Program-made: the position numbers and the translations under genes
In this document: positions 17,475-25,622 of the stretch, one piece after another
Layout: each line of letters opens with the position of its first letter
How positions within the stretch are numbered: position 1 is the stretch's first letter
Assembly (NCBI GenBank): GCA_003221035.1
Contig: QHUB01000020.1
Location: 8,751 to 72,750, forward strand
Length of the DNA stretch: 64,000 nucleotides
From: Gemmatimonadota bacterium
GTDB taxonomy: Bacteria > Gemmatimonadota > Gemmatimonadetes > Gemmatimonadales > GWC2-71-9
Direction of reading: 5' to 3'
Notes under the pieces: model-generated
Told to the model about the DNA's origin: nothing
Seen by the model: the letters and a program-made list of their open reading frames with translations, nothing else
The model's database searches: none

Positions 17475-18365
17475 TTAGTCTCTCGGGGTGGGGGCAGGCG
17501 CGGCAACGGCGCGCGTCATCGTTGGGATAAGCCGTTGTCCTCTCGTTCCCAGCCTTTGCACCGCGTCATCGCGCTCCCCCTCCTTCTTATAGACCGCCGC
17601 GACCGCACTTCCCGAGCCGCACAAGCGTACCCAGACCGGGCCCGTTGCGGCGACCCGCTCATAGAGTCCGCGCAGCTCCGGATGCTTGCCGAAGACGATC
17701 GCCTCGAAGTCATTGCCGCCCAGCCGGCCGATGCTGCCCCAGGTACTCAGCGCGTCGGCATCGAGCGACACGGGACCGCGGGCTGGAGGCTCGCGGTTCA
17801 GTTCATCCCACCACGCATACGCCTCCGGCGTCGAGACCTGCACGGGCGGAATGGCGATGAGCGCCGGCAGCGGCGCTGGGGCAGGCACGCGGAACTGCCG
17901 CTCGCCGCGTCCCCACGCGAGAGCGAGCGCGGCGCCGCTTGCAAAGAACGGCACATCGGAGCCCAGTCGCGCGGCAAAATGCAGGAGCTCATGGCGCGGC
18001 ACGGCGTTGCCCGCGAGCGCGTTCACGGCATGCAGCGCCGCGGCGCCGTCGCTCGAGCCGCCGCCCAATCCGGCGCGCACGGGAATACGTTTGACGAGCT
18101 TCATGGAGACGCCGAAGCGATTGCCTGTCGCGTCGAGAACCATCCGGGCCGCGCGGACCACCAGATTCTCGTCCACAGGCCCGAGGTCCGGTCCTTCGAC
18201 ATCCAGCGTCACCCCGGAATCGATCCGCTGCACGGCCAGCTCGTCGGCAAGCTCGAGGAGGGCGAACGCGGTCTCGATCTGGTGATACCCGGATGATTCG
18301 CGGGCCAGAATTCGAAGAAAGAGATTGACCTTCGCGTGCGCCGCGAGCCGGACTGGCTCACTCAT
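17475..18365 (-). CDS. ispE: 4-diphosphocytidyl-2-C-methyl-D-erythritol kinase
   Basis: AKVNLFL, GYH, KRIP..AGLGGGSSD, LGSDVPFF, GRGE, NDFE and GSGS. Confidence 0.95.
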   Translation of the reverse strand: MSEPVRLAAHAKVNLFLRILARESSGYHQIETAFALLELADELAVQRIDSGVTLDVEGPDLGPVDENLVVRAARMVLDATGNRFGVSMKLVKRIPVRAGLGGGSSDGAAALHAVNALAGNAVPRHELLHFAARLGSDVPFFASGAALALAWGRGERQFRVPAPAPLPALIAIPPVQVSTPEAYAWWDELNREPPARGPVSLDADALSTWGSIGRLGGNDFEAIVFGKHPELRGLYERVAATGPVWVRLCGSGSAVAAVYKKEGERDDAVQRLGTRGQRLIPTMTRAVAAPAPTPRD

Positions 18366-19426
18366 GCCGGCTCGCCTTCAGGCGGCGGAGCCGCGCTGAG
18401 ATCGCGCATGTGGAGATGCAGACGCGACAGCGACCAGAAACCGAGCAGGGTGATCGGGATGAACGTGGTGAGGTGATACGTCAGTGCGTACGCGAGGGCC
18501 AGATTCGAGTCTACGCCGTATTGCTGCAGCGTGAACACGGTCGCCGCTTCGAAGACGCCGATGTAACCGGCGGTGGACGGAATCGCGACGCCGAAGCCGA
18601 TGATTCCTTGCAGCAGCAGCGCTGCTTCGAGCGGGATACCGAGCCCGAATGCGCGAAAGCAGATCGCGAAGGCCGCAGCGTTCTTGAGCCAGAGCACGAG
18701 CGACCACCCCAGCACACCGGCGAAGCGCCCCGGACTCTTGAGTACCGAGAGGCCTTCCACGATCCCATCCGAGGCCCGCACGATGCGATCGGCCAGGCGG
18801 CCCGGCAGCAGGCGCCGCGATACCCGTTCGACCAGCGCGAGAAATGGTCCCGGCCGGTTGGCAACAAACAGCGCGATCCCAAGCACCACGCCAAACAGCG
18901 CCGCCGTGGTTGCGGCGATCGCCGAGAGAGATTTTCCACCCCAGCCGTGCGACGGAAACGACGGCATCGCGATCGCCACAGCCATCAGGCCCAGCATGAT
19001 GAGCGCATCGAACAGCCGCTCCACGCCGATCGATCCGAGCGCCGTCGCGAAGCGCACCGGCAATTGCCGTGACGCAATGAAGCCGCGCGCAACCTCGCCC
19101 GCGCGCGCCGGCAGCAGGTTGTTCGCCATGAAACCGATCGTGGTGGCGTGCCACAGCGGCGCGAAGGGCAGGGGCCGACCGTCCTGATCGCGCAGCATCA
19201 GCCGCCAGCGAATCGCGCGCACGGGAAAGGTCAGTGTCGCGAAGACGATCGTCAGGAGCAGGAGCCAGCCGTTCGCCTGGCGCGCGTCTGTCCAGACTTT
19301 GGCGGGATCGATTCTGTGCAGCACCCACACGAGGAGTGCCGCGCTGATGATGAGCCCGATGAGCCAGGCTCCCTTCCAGCGTCTTTTGGAAGGAATCGGG
19401 TTAGTCGGGTTCGATGGCGAGGACAA
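18362..19426 (-). CDS. Lysylphosphatidylglycerol synthase TM-domain (YbhN/UPF0104) flippase-like membrane protein
   Basis: RAIRWR, NNLLPARAGE, ERLFD and PSTAGYIGVFE motifs; multiple TM helices. Confidence 0.85.
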   Translation of the reverse strand: MSSPSNPTNPIPSKRRWKGAWLIGLIISAALLVWVLHRIDPAKVWTDARQANGWLLLLTIVFATLTFPVRAIRWRLMLRDQDGRPLPFAPLWHATTIGFMANNLLPARAGEVARGFIASRQLPVRFATALGSIGVERLFDALIMLGLMAVAIAMPSFPSHGWGGKSLSAIAATTAALFGVVLGIALFVANRPGPFLALVERVSRRLLPGRLADRIVRASDGIVEGLSVLKSPGRFAGVLGWSLVLWLKNAAAFAICFRAFGLGIPLEAALLLQGIIGFGVAIPSTAGYIGVFEAATVFTLQQYGVDSNLALAYALTYHLTTFIPITLLGFWSLSRLHLHMRDLSAAPPPEGEPA

Positions 19427-21083
19427 CGAGATCGCAGACTTCGTCGATGATCGCCCGCAGTGCGTCGCCGTTCGCGCGCTTCGCCGCTTCGCGCAGCTCC
19501 TGCGCGCGCGCCCGCGCGCGCGAGCCTTTGTACAGGAGACTGCGGATGTCTACCGGCTCACCACCATTTGCTTTTGCCCTGGAGACTTCCGAGTCTGGGC
19601 TCACACTGCGGCCGCGCCCCGGCGCCTCACGTCCCGCACCTCCGGCAAGCAGCTCTTCCAGCGATGCGGGACCAACGCCCGCTGCCACCAGCTCCTGATA
19701 CCGCGTCCACGTGCCTGCGATGTCGGTCGCCGACTCCGCCCCGATCGGGAGGTCGGCTGGCGCCGGGGACATCGCGGTTGGTGCGGACTTGGTAGAGGTT
19801 GGTCGAAGCACTGGAGGCGCCACCTCGGCAGCACCCAGGCGGCGCACCGCGAGCGTCACGGCCGCAATCGCGGCGGCCGTCGCTGTTTCATCGGCCGTTC
19901 CCGACGCCGTGAGGAGCTCGCCCGCCTTGCGCAGCTCGGCGGCGAAGAGGCCAGGTTGGCTGACTGCGACGCCGCTCGTTACCGCCTCACGCGCGGACTG
20001 CGCGAACTCTGCGACGCGCTCAGCCACCGGCCCTCCGCTGACAGACCCGAGCGCGCGGAACGTGCCAGCGAGTGTGTGCGCGCGGAGCTCGCGTTGCGTC
20101 GCACTGGGCGCGCGCTCGAGCGCGTCGGCAGCGTGCCGAAGATGCTCGCCATGACTCACCAGCTCGAGCTGGCCGAGCATGGCGGCGCGTCCAGCGCCTT
20201 CCGGCACGGTGCCGCGACGCACGATCGTACCCACGGTCTCGATGGGTACGATTTCGGGCTCGGCTTCCATGAACTGCACCAGCAGGGCGGCGAACTTGCG
20301 GAACTCAGCGCTCTCCGGATCGGGACGGCCGCGCTCGGCCACTTCGCGAGCCGCGTGCGCAATGGACGTCGCCGCCATCTGGAACAGCTCGGCGATCGTG
20401 TCGCCGAAACCGGACGGTTGGGCGGCGCCGGCACGGCTGATCTCTCCGATCGCCTGCTCGATGCCTTCCAGCAGGTCGGGCAACGGCGGCAGATCATTGA
20501 GCGCGGCGAGGCCGCGGAGCGGCTGCAGCGCTTTGAGAACCTGCTGGAGCGGTTCCTGCGCGGTCGGATTCGCGCGCAGCGCGCGGCCGGCGCGATCGAG
20601 TGCGCTGCCGATTGCCGCCCCTTCGCGCGCGACAAAGGCCCGCGCGCCGGCGTCGAGGCCAAGCGCCTCCGCGGCTCGCACCTGCCCGGACGGACGCCCA
20701 CCGAGCTGCTCGAGCTGGCTCGCGAGCACCTCCGCCTTCGCGGTATCGGCATTGGTCCAACTGCCGGCCTTGCGGACGAAGATCTTGAGATCGTCGATGG
20801 CGCGCGTGGCAAGTTGCCTGGTCGCGGGATCCCACGCGCGGCGACCTTCGCGGATTCCGCGCGCGAGGGCCTCGAGTCCCATGGCGGCGCGAGCGACCCC
20901 TTGCTGGCTGGCCATGAGCGCGCTTCCACGCAGCGCGCGGGCGAGCCGCACGAGCTCGTCCACCGCCGGCGGGGTCGGCGCCTGGACCAGCGCATCGAGG
21001 CGGTCCAGATACTCCCCCGCCTCGAGCGCGAAGAAGTCCGACATGCCGAGCGGTTGGGGTGCGCCAGGAGGGGAAGTGGTCAT
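19401..21083 (-). CDS. Helical protein with degenerate Hpt-like domains
   Basis: N-terminal FFALEAGEYLDRL...LVRLARALRGSALMA resembles the Hpt/CheA P1 domain; GGAGG SD. Confidence 0.6.
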   Translation of the reverse strand: MTTSPPGAPQPLGMSDFFALEAGEYLDRLDALVQAPTPPAVDELVRLARALRGSALMASQQGVARAAMGLEALARGIREGRRAWDPATRQLATRAIDDLKIFVRKAGSWTNADTAKAEVLASQLEQLGGRPSGQVRAAEALGLDAGARAFVAREGAAIGSALDRAGRALRANPTAQEPLQQVLKALQPLRGLAALNDLPPLPDLLEGIEQAIGEISRAGAAQPSGFGDTIAELFQMAATSIAHAAREVAERGRPDPESAEFRKFAALLVQFMEAEPEIVPIETVGTIVRRGTVPEGAGRAAMLGQLELVSHGEHLRHAADALERAPSATQRELRAHTLAGTFRALGSVSGGPVAERVAEFAQSAREAVTSGVAVSQPGLFAAELRKAGELLTASGTADETATAAAIAAVTLAVRRLGAAEVAPPVLRPTSTKSAPTAMSPAPADLPIGAESATDIAGTWTRYQELVAAGVGPASLEELLAGGAGREAPGRGRSVSPDSEVSRAKANGGEPVDIRSLLYKGSRARARAQELREAAKRANGDALRAIIDEVCDLVVLAIEPD

Positions 21084-21095
21084 GGCGCCTCCAAG

Positions 21096-21815
21096 CTAGG
21101 GATTTCGGGCCGTAATAACCAGCGTTTTCATGCGGCGCACCGCCTCTTCCAGGCCCCAGAACACCGCATTGCTCACGATCGAGTGGCCGATATTGAGCTC
21201 TTCGATTTCGGGGATCGCGGCGACCGGCTGGACATTCTGGTAGGTGAGTCCATGGCCGGCGTGCACGGCGAGTCCGATTTCCTTGGCGTGCGTCGCGGCG
21301 CGGCGCAGCCCCGTGAGCGCCGCGTCGCTGCGGCGCCAGGTGTGCGCGTACCGGCCGGTGTGGAGTTCGACCGCGGGCACGCCGAGCGCGCGCGCGATGT
21401 CGATCGTCTTCACGGAAGGATCGATGAAGAGACTCACGCGGATGCCCGCGTCCTGCAGCGTGGCAATCGCGGAGCGCAACCGGCGATCGGTCTTCCGCAG
21501 CGCGAGTCCGCCTTCGGTGGTGATCTCCTGCCGCTTCTCGGGCACCAACGTCGCCTGAAAGGGTTTAATGCGCGTCGCAAGCCGGACGATGTCGGCGTGC
21601 GCGCCGAGTTCCAAATTCAGCACGGTGTGAACGCTGTCCGCGAGTGCGGTGACGTCCGCGTCCTGAATGTGGCGCCGGTCTTCACGCAAATGCACCGTGA
21701 TGCCGTCGGCGCCGGCGAGCTCGGCGTCGGCCGCGGCTTCGACGGGATCGGGCTCGTCGGTTTTGCGCGCTTCGCGGATGGTCGCGACGTGATCAATGTT
21801 GACGTAGAGACGCAT
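21096..21815 (-). CDS. pdxJ: Pyridoxine 5'-phosphate synthase
   Basis: [32 protein letters not shown] and ELNIGH. Confidence 0.97.
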   Translation of the reverse strand: MRLYVNIDHVATIREARKTDEPDPVEAAADAELAGADGITVHLREDRRHIQDADVTALADSVHTVLNLELGAHADIVRLATRIKPFQATLVPEKRQEITTEGGLALRKTDRRLRSAIATLQDAGIRVSLFIDPSVKTIDIARALGVPAVELHTGRYAHTWRRSDAALTGLRRAATHAKEIGLAVHAGHGLTYQNVQPVAAIPEIEELNIGHSIVSNAVFWGLEEAVRRMKTLVITARNP

Positions 21816-21857
21816 GGTGTCTTACCTTCGGGTCACCCCGACCACAGGTCGTGCCTC

Positions 21858-22331
21858 GTGAAGCGACGGCTCGCGATGATGCTTCTGCTGCTCGCCGGCA
21901 GCGCCGCCTGCAGCAAGAATCCCGGTCCCGGGGGGCCGGAGCCGCAGTCGATGAACGAATCGCTGACGCAGTTTCTCGCCGCGGTGAAAGCGAACGATCA
22001 AAAACACATGGGTGAGCTGTGGGGCACCGAGCGCGGTCCGGCGGCGAACAGCATGAACCGCGACGCCCTGCGCCAGCGGCTCGCCGTCATTCAGAAGTAT
22101 CTGGATCACACGGGGTATCGCGTCATCGAAGGCCCGCTGCTCGTGCCGGGGCGGGACGAGCTGCGGACGTATCGGGTGGAGCTGCAACGCGACAAATGCA
22201 ATCAGGTGCAGCCGATCGATGTCGTACGGACGCACAGCGGCGGCTGGCTGGTTTACGACGTGCATTTGGAGGCTGCGGGCAGTCCGGGGCGTTGCCCCCC
22301 CACGGCCCAGACGACGGGAACACCACCCTAG
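21858..22331 (+). CDS. Hypothetical lipoprotein (possibly NTF2-like)
   Basis: C-terminal part of ORF 19299..22331; signal KRRLAMMLLLLAGSAAC; fills the gap between pdxJ and mce. Confidence 0.7.
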   Translation: MKRRLAMMLLLLAGSAACSKNPGPGGPEPQSMNESLTQFLAAVKANDQKHMGELWGTERGPAANSMNRDALRQRLAVIQKYLDHTGYRVIEGPLLVPGRDELRTYRVELQRDKCNQVQPIDVVRTHSGGWLVYDVHLEAAGSPGRCPPTAQTTGTPP

Positions 22332-22346
22332 GGTCGCGCGTTCCAC

Positions 22347-22736
22347 CTACTCAGTCAGCTCCAGCAGAATGCCGTTCGTACTTTTGGGATGCAAAAACGC
22401 GATGCGTCGTCCACCGGCTCCGCGCCGCGGCGTTTCATCGATCACGCGATAACCGGCGGTCTTGCACTGTGCCAGCGTGCGGTCGAGATCGGCAACACGG
22501 TAGCAGATGTGATGAATGCCGGGGCCGCGTTTGGCAAGAAACTTCGCCACGGGACTGTCGGGATCGCTGGGCTCGAGCAGTTCGACGTCCACGGGACCGA
22601 AATGCAGGCTGACGATGGTCGCTCCATCAGCCAGTTCGGGCTGGCTGGGAGCAAGACCCAGGACGTCGCGGTAGAACGACAGGGCTTCGGTGATGCTCGT
22701 GACCGCGATGCCGACATGGGCGACTGACGAGTTCAT
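22347..22736 (-). CDS. mce: Methylmalonyl-CoA epimerase (VOC family)
   Basis: HVGIAV, VELLEP, KFLAKRGPGIHHIC and FLHPKSTNGILLEL. Confidence 0.92.
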   Translation of the reverse strand: MNSSVAHVGIAVTSITEALSFYRDVLGLAPSQPELADGATIVSLHFGPVDVELLEPSDPDSPVAKFLAKRGPGIHHICYRVADLDRTLAQCKTAGYRVIDETPRRGAGGRRIAFLHPKSTNGILLELTE

Positions 22737-22775
22737 GAAGTCAAACTAACGTCTATCGAAGGAGCGTGAAGTCTC

Positions 22776-23093
22776 ATGGTGGAGGTAACGGACACCACAT
22801 TTCAGGCCGAAGTCGAGCAGCACAAGGGCTTGGCCGTCGTCGATTTCTGGGCCACGTGGTGCGGCCCGTGCCATATGGTGGCGCCGATCATGGATCAGCT
22901 CGCCGGGAAGTACAACGGCAAGGTGAAGATCGTGAAGGTGGACGTCGACGCCAATCAGCAGACCGCGATGCGCTTTAACGTCCGCTCGATTCCGAGTATT
23001 CTATTCTTCAAAGACGGACGCCACATCGATACCCTGGTGGGTGCCTATCCGTCGCAGGCGTTCGAGCAAAAGATCAACCAGCATCTTTCGTAG
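22776..23093 (+). CDS. trxA: Thioredoxin
   Basis: VDFWATWCGPC, VRSIP; 105 aa. Confidence 0.96.
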   Translation: MVEVTDTTFQAEVEQHKGLAVVDFWATWCGPCHMVAPIMDQLAGKYNGKVKIVKVDVDANQQTAMRFNVRSIPSILFFKDGRHIDTLVGAYPSQAFEQKINQHLS

Positions 23094-23111
23094 CTTCCGC
23101 ACCGGAGGACG

Positions 23112-24128
23112 ATGCGCGCGAGCACCGCTCGCCTGACGAATTCGCCGGTTCGCCTCGCGGATCTGCAGTTTCCGCAGGTGAACCGGCTTGTTCATCGCAC
23201 CCGGCTCGCGTTCATTCATCTCGACAATCTCCTCGCTTACGCCAAGCGCGACCGCGACGGCCGGATCGACGGCTATATCGCCGCGCATCTGCCCGACGAA
23301 TGCGTGCTGCTGTTGTTGCGCAAAGGCGAGGCCGTCAACGCCGCATCGCTCTCGACCGCGGGCCGCCAGGTCATCACGATCACCGAGGCGCTGAAGCGCA
23401 TGCGCACCGAGGTCGAGCGCGGGGACCTCGAGTATTGTGCCGCGCCGATGGAGCAGCTCGCCTGGATGTACGCGTCGTGCGCCGGCGCCTATCAAGCGCG
23501 GTTCATCGACGTCAACCAACCCGAAAAATTCTTCCCCGTGTTGCAACAGGAAAAGGTGACCGGCGTGCTGGAACTCATCTCGAATGGCCGGGTCTCCTAT
23601 CTCAAGTTCGACCAGGGGAAGTATCTGAGCGGGTATTTCTGCGACAAACCGGACAACCTCCCGCCCGCGCGCTATCTCGAATCGCTGTTCGATCCGGGGC
23701 CGGGCGGCGCGACGCCCGCGATGTCGGCGGGCACGGTCCCGGGCGCCGACGATCTCCCCGCCCAGGCCGCGACGGCTCTGGTCAATACCTACCGCGAGCT
23801 GTACTGGAGAATCGTGGATGCGGTGGAGCGGGAATTCCCCGGTGAAGCGAAACGACGCGCCCAGAAAGTGACGTCGGCGATTGTCGGCACCCATCAGGCC
23901 CTCGCGTTGCTCAGCGTTCCGCGCGGCACCGACACGCCCGATGCGGTGGTGCGCCCCGAAGAGTTGTCGATCGCGCTCACCGACTGGGCGCTGCAACTGC
24001 TCGAGGGCGCGGAGGTGATGATGCCGGGAACGGCGACCAAGGTGCTGAAGGACGCCACGCGCGAGCACCGCTACGTGCTGCAAGCCGCGGGATTTTACGG
24101 CAAGCTCCCCTGGCGGGTGACGTGGTGA
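23112..24128 (+). CDS. Hypothetical protein with tandem DUF4388/PATAN-like segments
   Basis: GGAGG SD; LQQEKVTGVLEL...YLKFDQG and a similar N-terminal segment. Confidence 0.6.
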   Translation: MRASTARLTNSPVRLADLQFPQVNRLVHRTRLAFIHLDNLLAYAKRDRDGRIDGYIAAHLPDECVLLLLRKGEAVNAASLSTAGRQVITITEALKRMRTEVERGDLEYCAAPMEQLAWMYASCAGAYQARFIDVNQPEKFFPVLQQEKVTGVLELISNGRVSYLKFDQGKYLSGYFCDKPDNLPPARYLESLFDPGPGGATPAMSAGTVPGADDLPAQAATALVNTYRELYWRIVDAVEREFPGEAKRRAQKVTSAIVGTHQALALLSVPRGTDTPDAVVRPEELSIALTDWALQLLEGAEVMMPGTATKVLKDATREHRYVLQAAGFYGKLPWRVTW

Positions 24129-24129
24129 C

Positions 24130-24957
24130 GTGGCCGGCACCCTCTACGTTGTCGCGACGCCCCTCGGGAACCTCGGCGATCTCTCGCCGCGTGCTGCCGA
24201 CACGCTGAAGCGCGTATCGGCGGTCGCCGCCGAAGACACGCGCCACTCGAAGCCGCTCCTCAATCACGCCGGCTCCCATGCCGAGCTGGTCAGCTTTCAT
24301 AGCCACTCGTCCGAGCGCGCCCTCGCGCGCATCCTGCGCATCCTAGAAGAAGGAAGAGACGTCGCGCTGATTACGGATGCCGGCACGCCGGCGATCAGCG
24401 ATCCGGGTGTGGAGCTCGTGGCTGCGGCCAGGGAGCGCGGAATCCCCATCGTGACGATTCCCGGTCCGACCGCTGTGGCAGCCAGCCTGTGTGTGTCAGG
24501 CTTCGGAGCCGACCGCTATGTGTTTCTCGGATTCCTGCCCCGCAAAGGGAGCGACCGCCGCCGCTTGTTATTGACCGCCGCTCAGTCGGAATGGACCGTC
24601 GTGCTGTTCGAATCCCCGAACCGCGTCACGCAACTGCTCACCGATCTGATCGAGGTCTGTGGTCCGGAAAGGCAGGTTGCCGTCTCTCGAGAGTTGACTA
24701 AGGTGTTCGAAGAGACGCGTGCGGGGACGTTGCAGGAATTGTCAGAGCACTATGCCGAGGCCCCTGTTCGGGGCGAGGTTACGGTGGTGCTCTCGGGAAC
24801 GGGAAAGCCGCGTGTGGAAGAGCGGCCCGCGGACGCGGCAGAACGAGCCAAGGCCTTATTGGAAGAAGGACTCTCCCGGAAAGACGCCGCGGATCGGCTC
24901 GCAGAAGAAACCGGTATCTCTCGAAACACGGCATATCGCTTGGTGAATGAGCTATGA
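24130..24957 (+). CDS. rsmI: 16S rRNA (cytidine1402-2'-O)-methyltransferase
   Basis: LYVVATPLGNLGD, AEDTR, DAGTPAISDPG, FESPNR and RELTKVFEE. Confidence 0.96.
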   Translation: MAGTLYVVATPLGNLGDLSPRAADTLKRVSAVAAEDTRHSKPLLNHAGSHAELVSFHSHSSERALARILRILEEGRDVALITDAGTPAISDPGVELVAAARERGIPIVTIPGPTAVAASLCVSGFGADRYVFLGFLPRKGSDRRRLLLTAAQSEWTVVLFESPNRVTQLLTDLIEVCGPERQVAVSRELTKVFEETRAGTLQELSEHYAEAPVRGEVTVVLSGTGKPRVEERPADAAERAKALLEEGLSRKDAADRLAEETGISRNTAYRLVNEL

Positions 24958-25622
24958 AATCAATGTCGTTGATCCTGCTTCTAATGTTGACACCACGCAC
25001 GACGCACGACGCACCACGCACGGCCTCTCTCACCATCGGTCGCCTGCACTACGACGGCGGAGGCGACTGGTACGCCAATCCCTCGAGCCTGCCGAATCTG
25101 CTGGCGGCCCTGCGTGAGCGCACCACGCTCCCGGTCGCGGACCGCGAGCGTGTGGTGACGCTGACCGGGCCGGAATTGTGGGACGTCCCTTACATCTATA
25201 TGACGGGCCACGGCAACGTGCACTTCTCCGATGTCGAGCTTCACAATCTCCGGCGCTACCTGGAGCAAGGCGGCTTCCTGCATGCCGACGACAACTACGG
25301 CATGAATGCCTCGTTCCGGCGGGAGATCGCGCGCGTGTTTCCGGACCATCCGATGGTTGAGGTTCCGTTGACGCACCCGATTTACAACCTCGTGTACGCG
25401 TTTCCGAAGGGCATCCCGAAGATCCACGAGCACGACGGCCTGCCCGCGCAGGGGTTCGGCATTTTTTTGGGAGACCGCCTCGTCGTATACTATTCCTATC
25501 AGTCGGACCTCGGCGACGGTTGGGAAGATTCCACGGTGCATCATGACCCTCCCGAGCTTCACGAGGCGGCGTTGCGCATGGGTGTCAATCTGTTCACGTA
25601 CGCGGTAAGCGGGACCAAATGA
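24954..25622 (+). CDS. DUF4159 domain protein, exported
   Basis: GGGDWYANPSSLPNL, YMTGHG, GGFLHADDNYG, DLGDGWED and MGVN. Confidence 0.85.
   Translation: MKSMSLILLLMLTPRTTHDAPRTASLTIGRLHYDGGGDWYANPSSLPNLLAALRERTTLPVADRERVVTLTGPELWDVPYIYMTGHGNVHFSDVELHNLRRYLEQGGFLHADDNYGMNASFRREIARVFPDHPMVEVPLTHPIYNLVYAFPKGIPKIHEHDGLPAQGFGIFLGDRLVVYYSYQSDLGDGWEDSTVHHDPPELHEAALRMGVNLFTYAVSGTK
24991..25021 (+). repeat. Heptamer tandem repeat (CACSACG)x4 in signal-peptide-coding DNA
   Basis: CACCACG CACGACG CACGACG CACCACG CAC. Confidence 0.8.

Noticed and set aside
19299-21857. 1010-aa plus-strand ORF 19299..22331 and other long antisense ORFs (e.g. 50589..52673, 59354..61477)
   Set aside because: These are shadow ORFs of high-GC coding strands opposite well-supported genes. 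Only the last ~157 codons of 19299..22331 look like a real lipoprotein.
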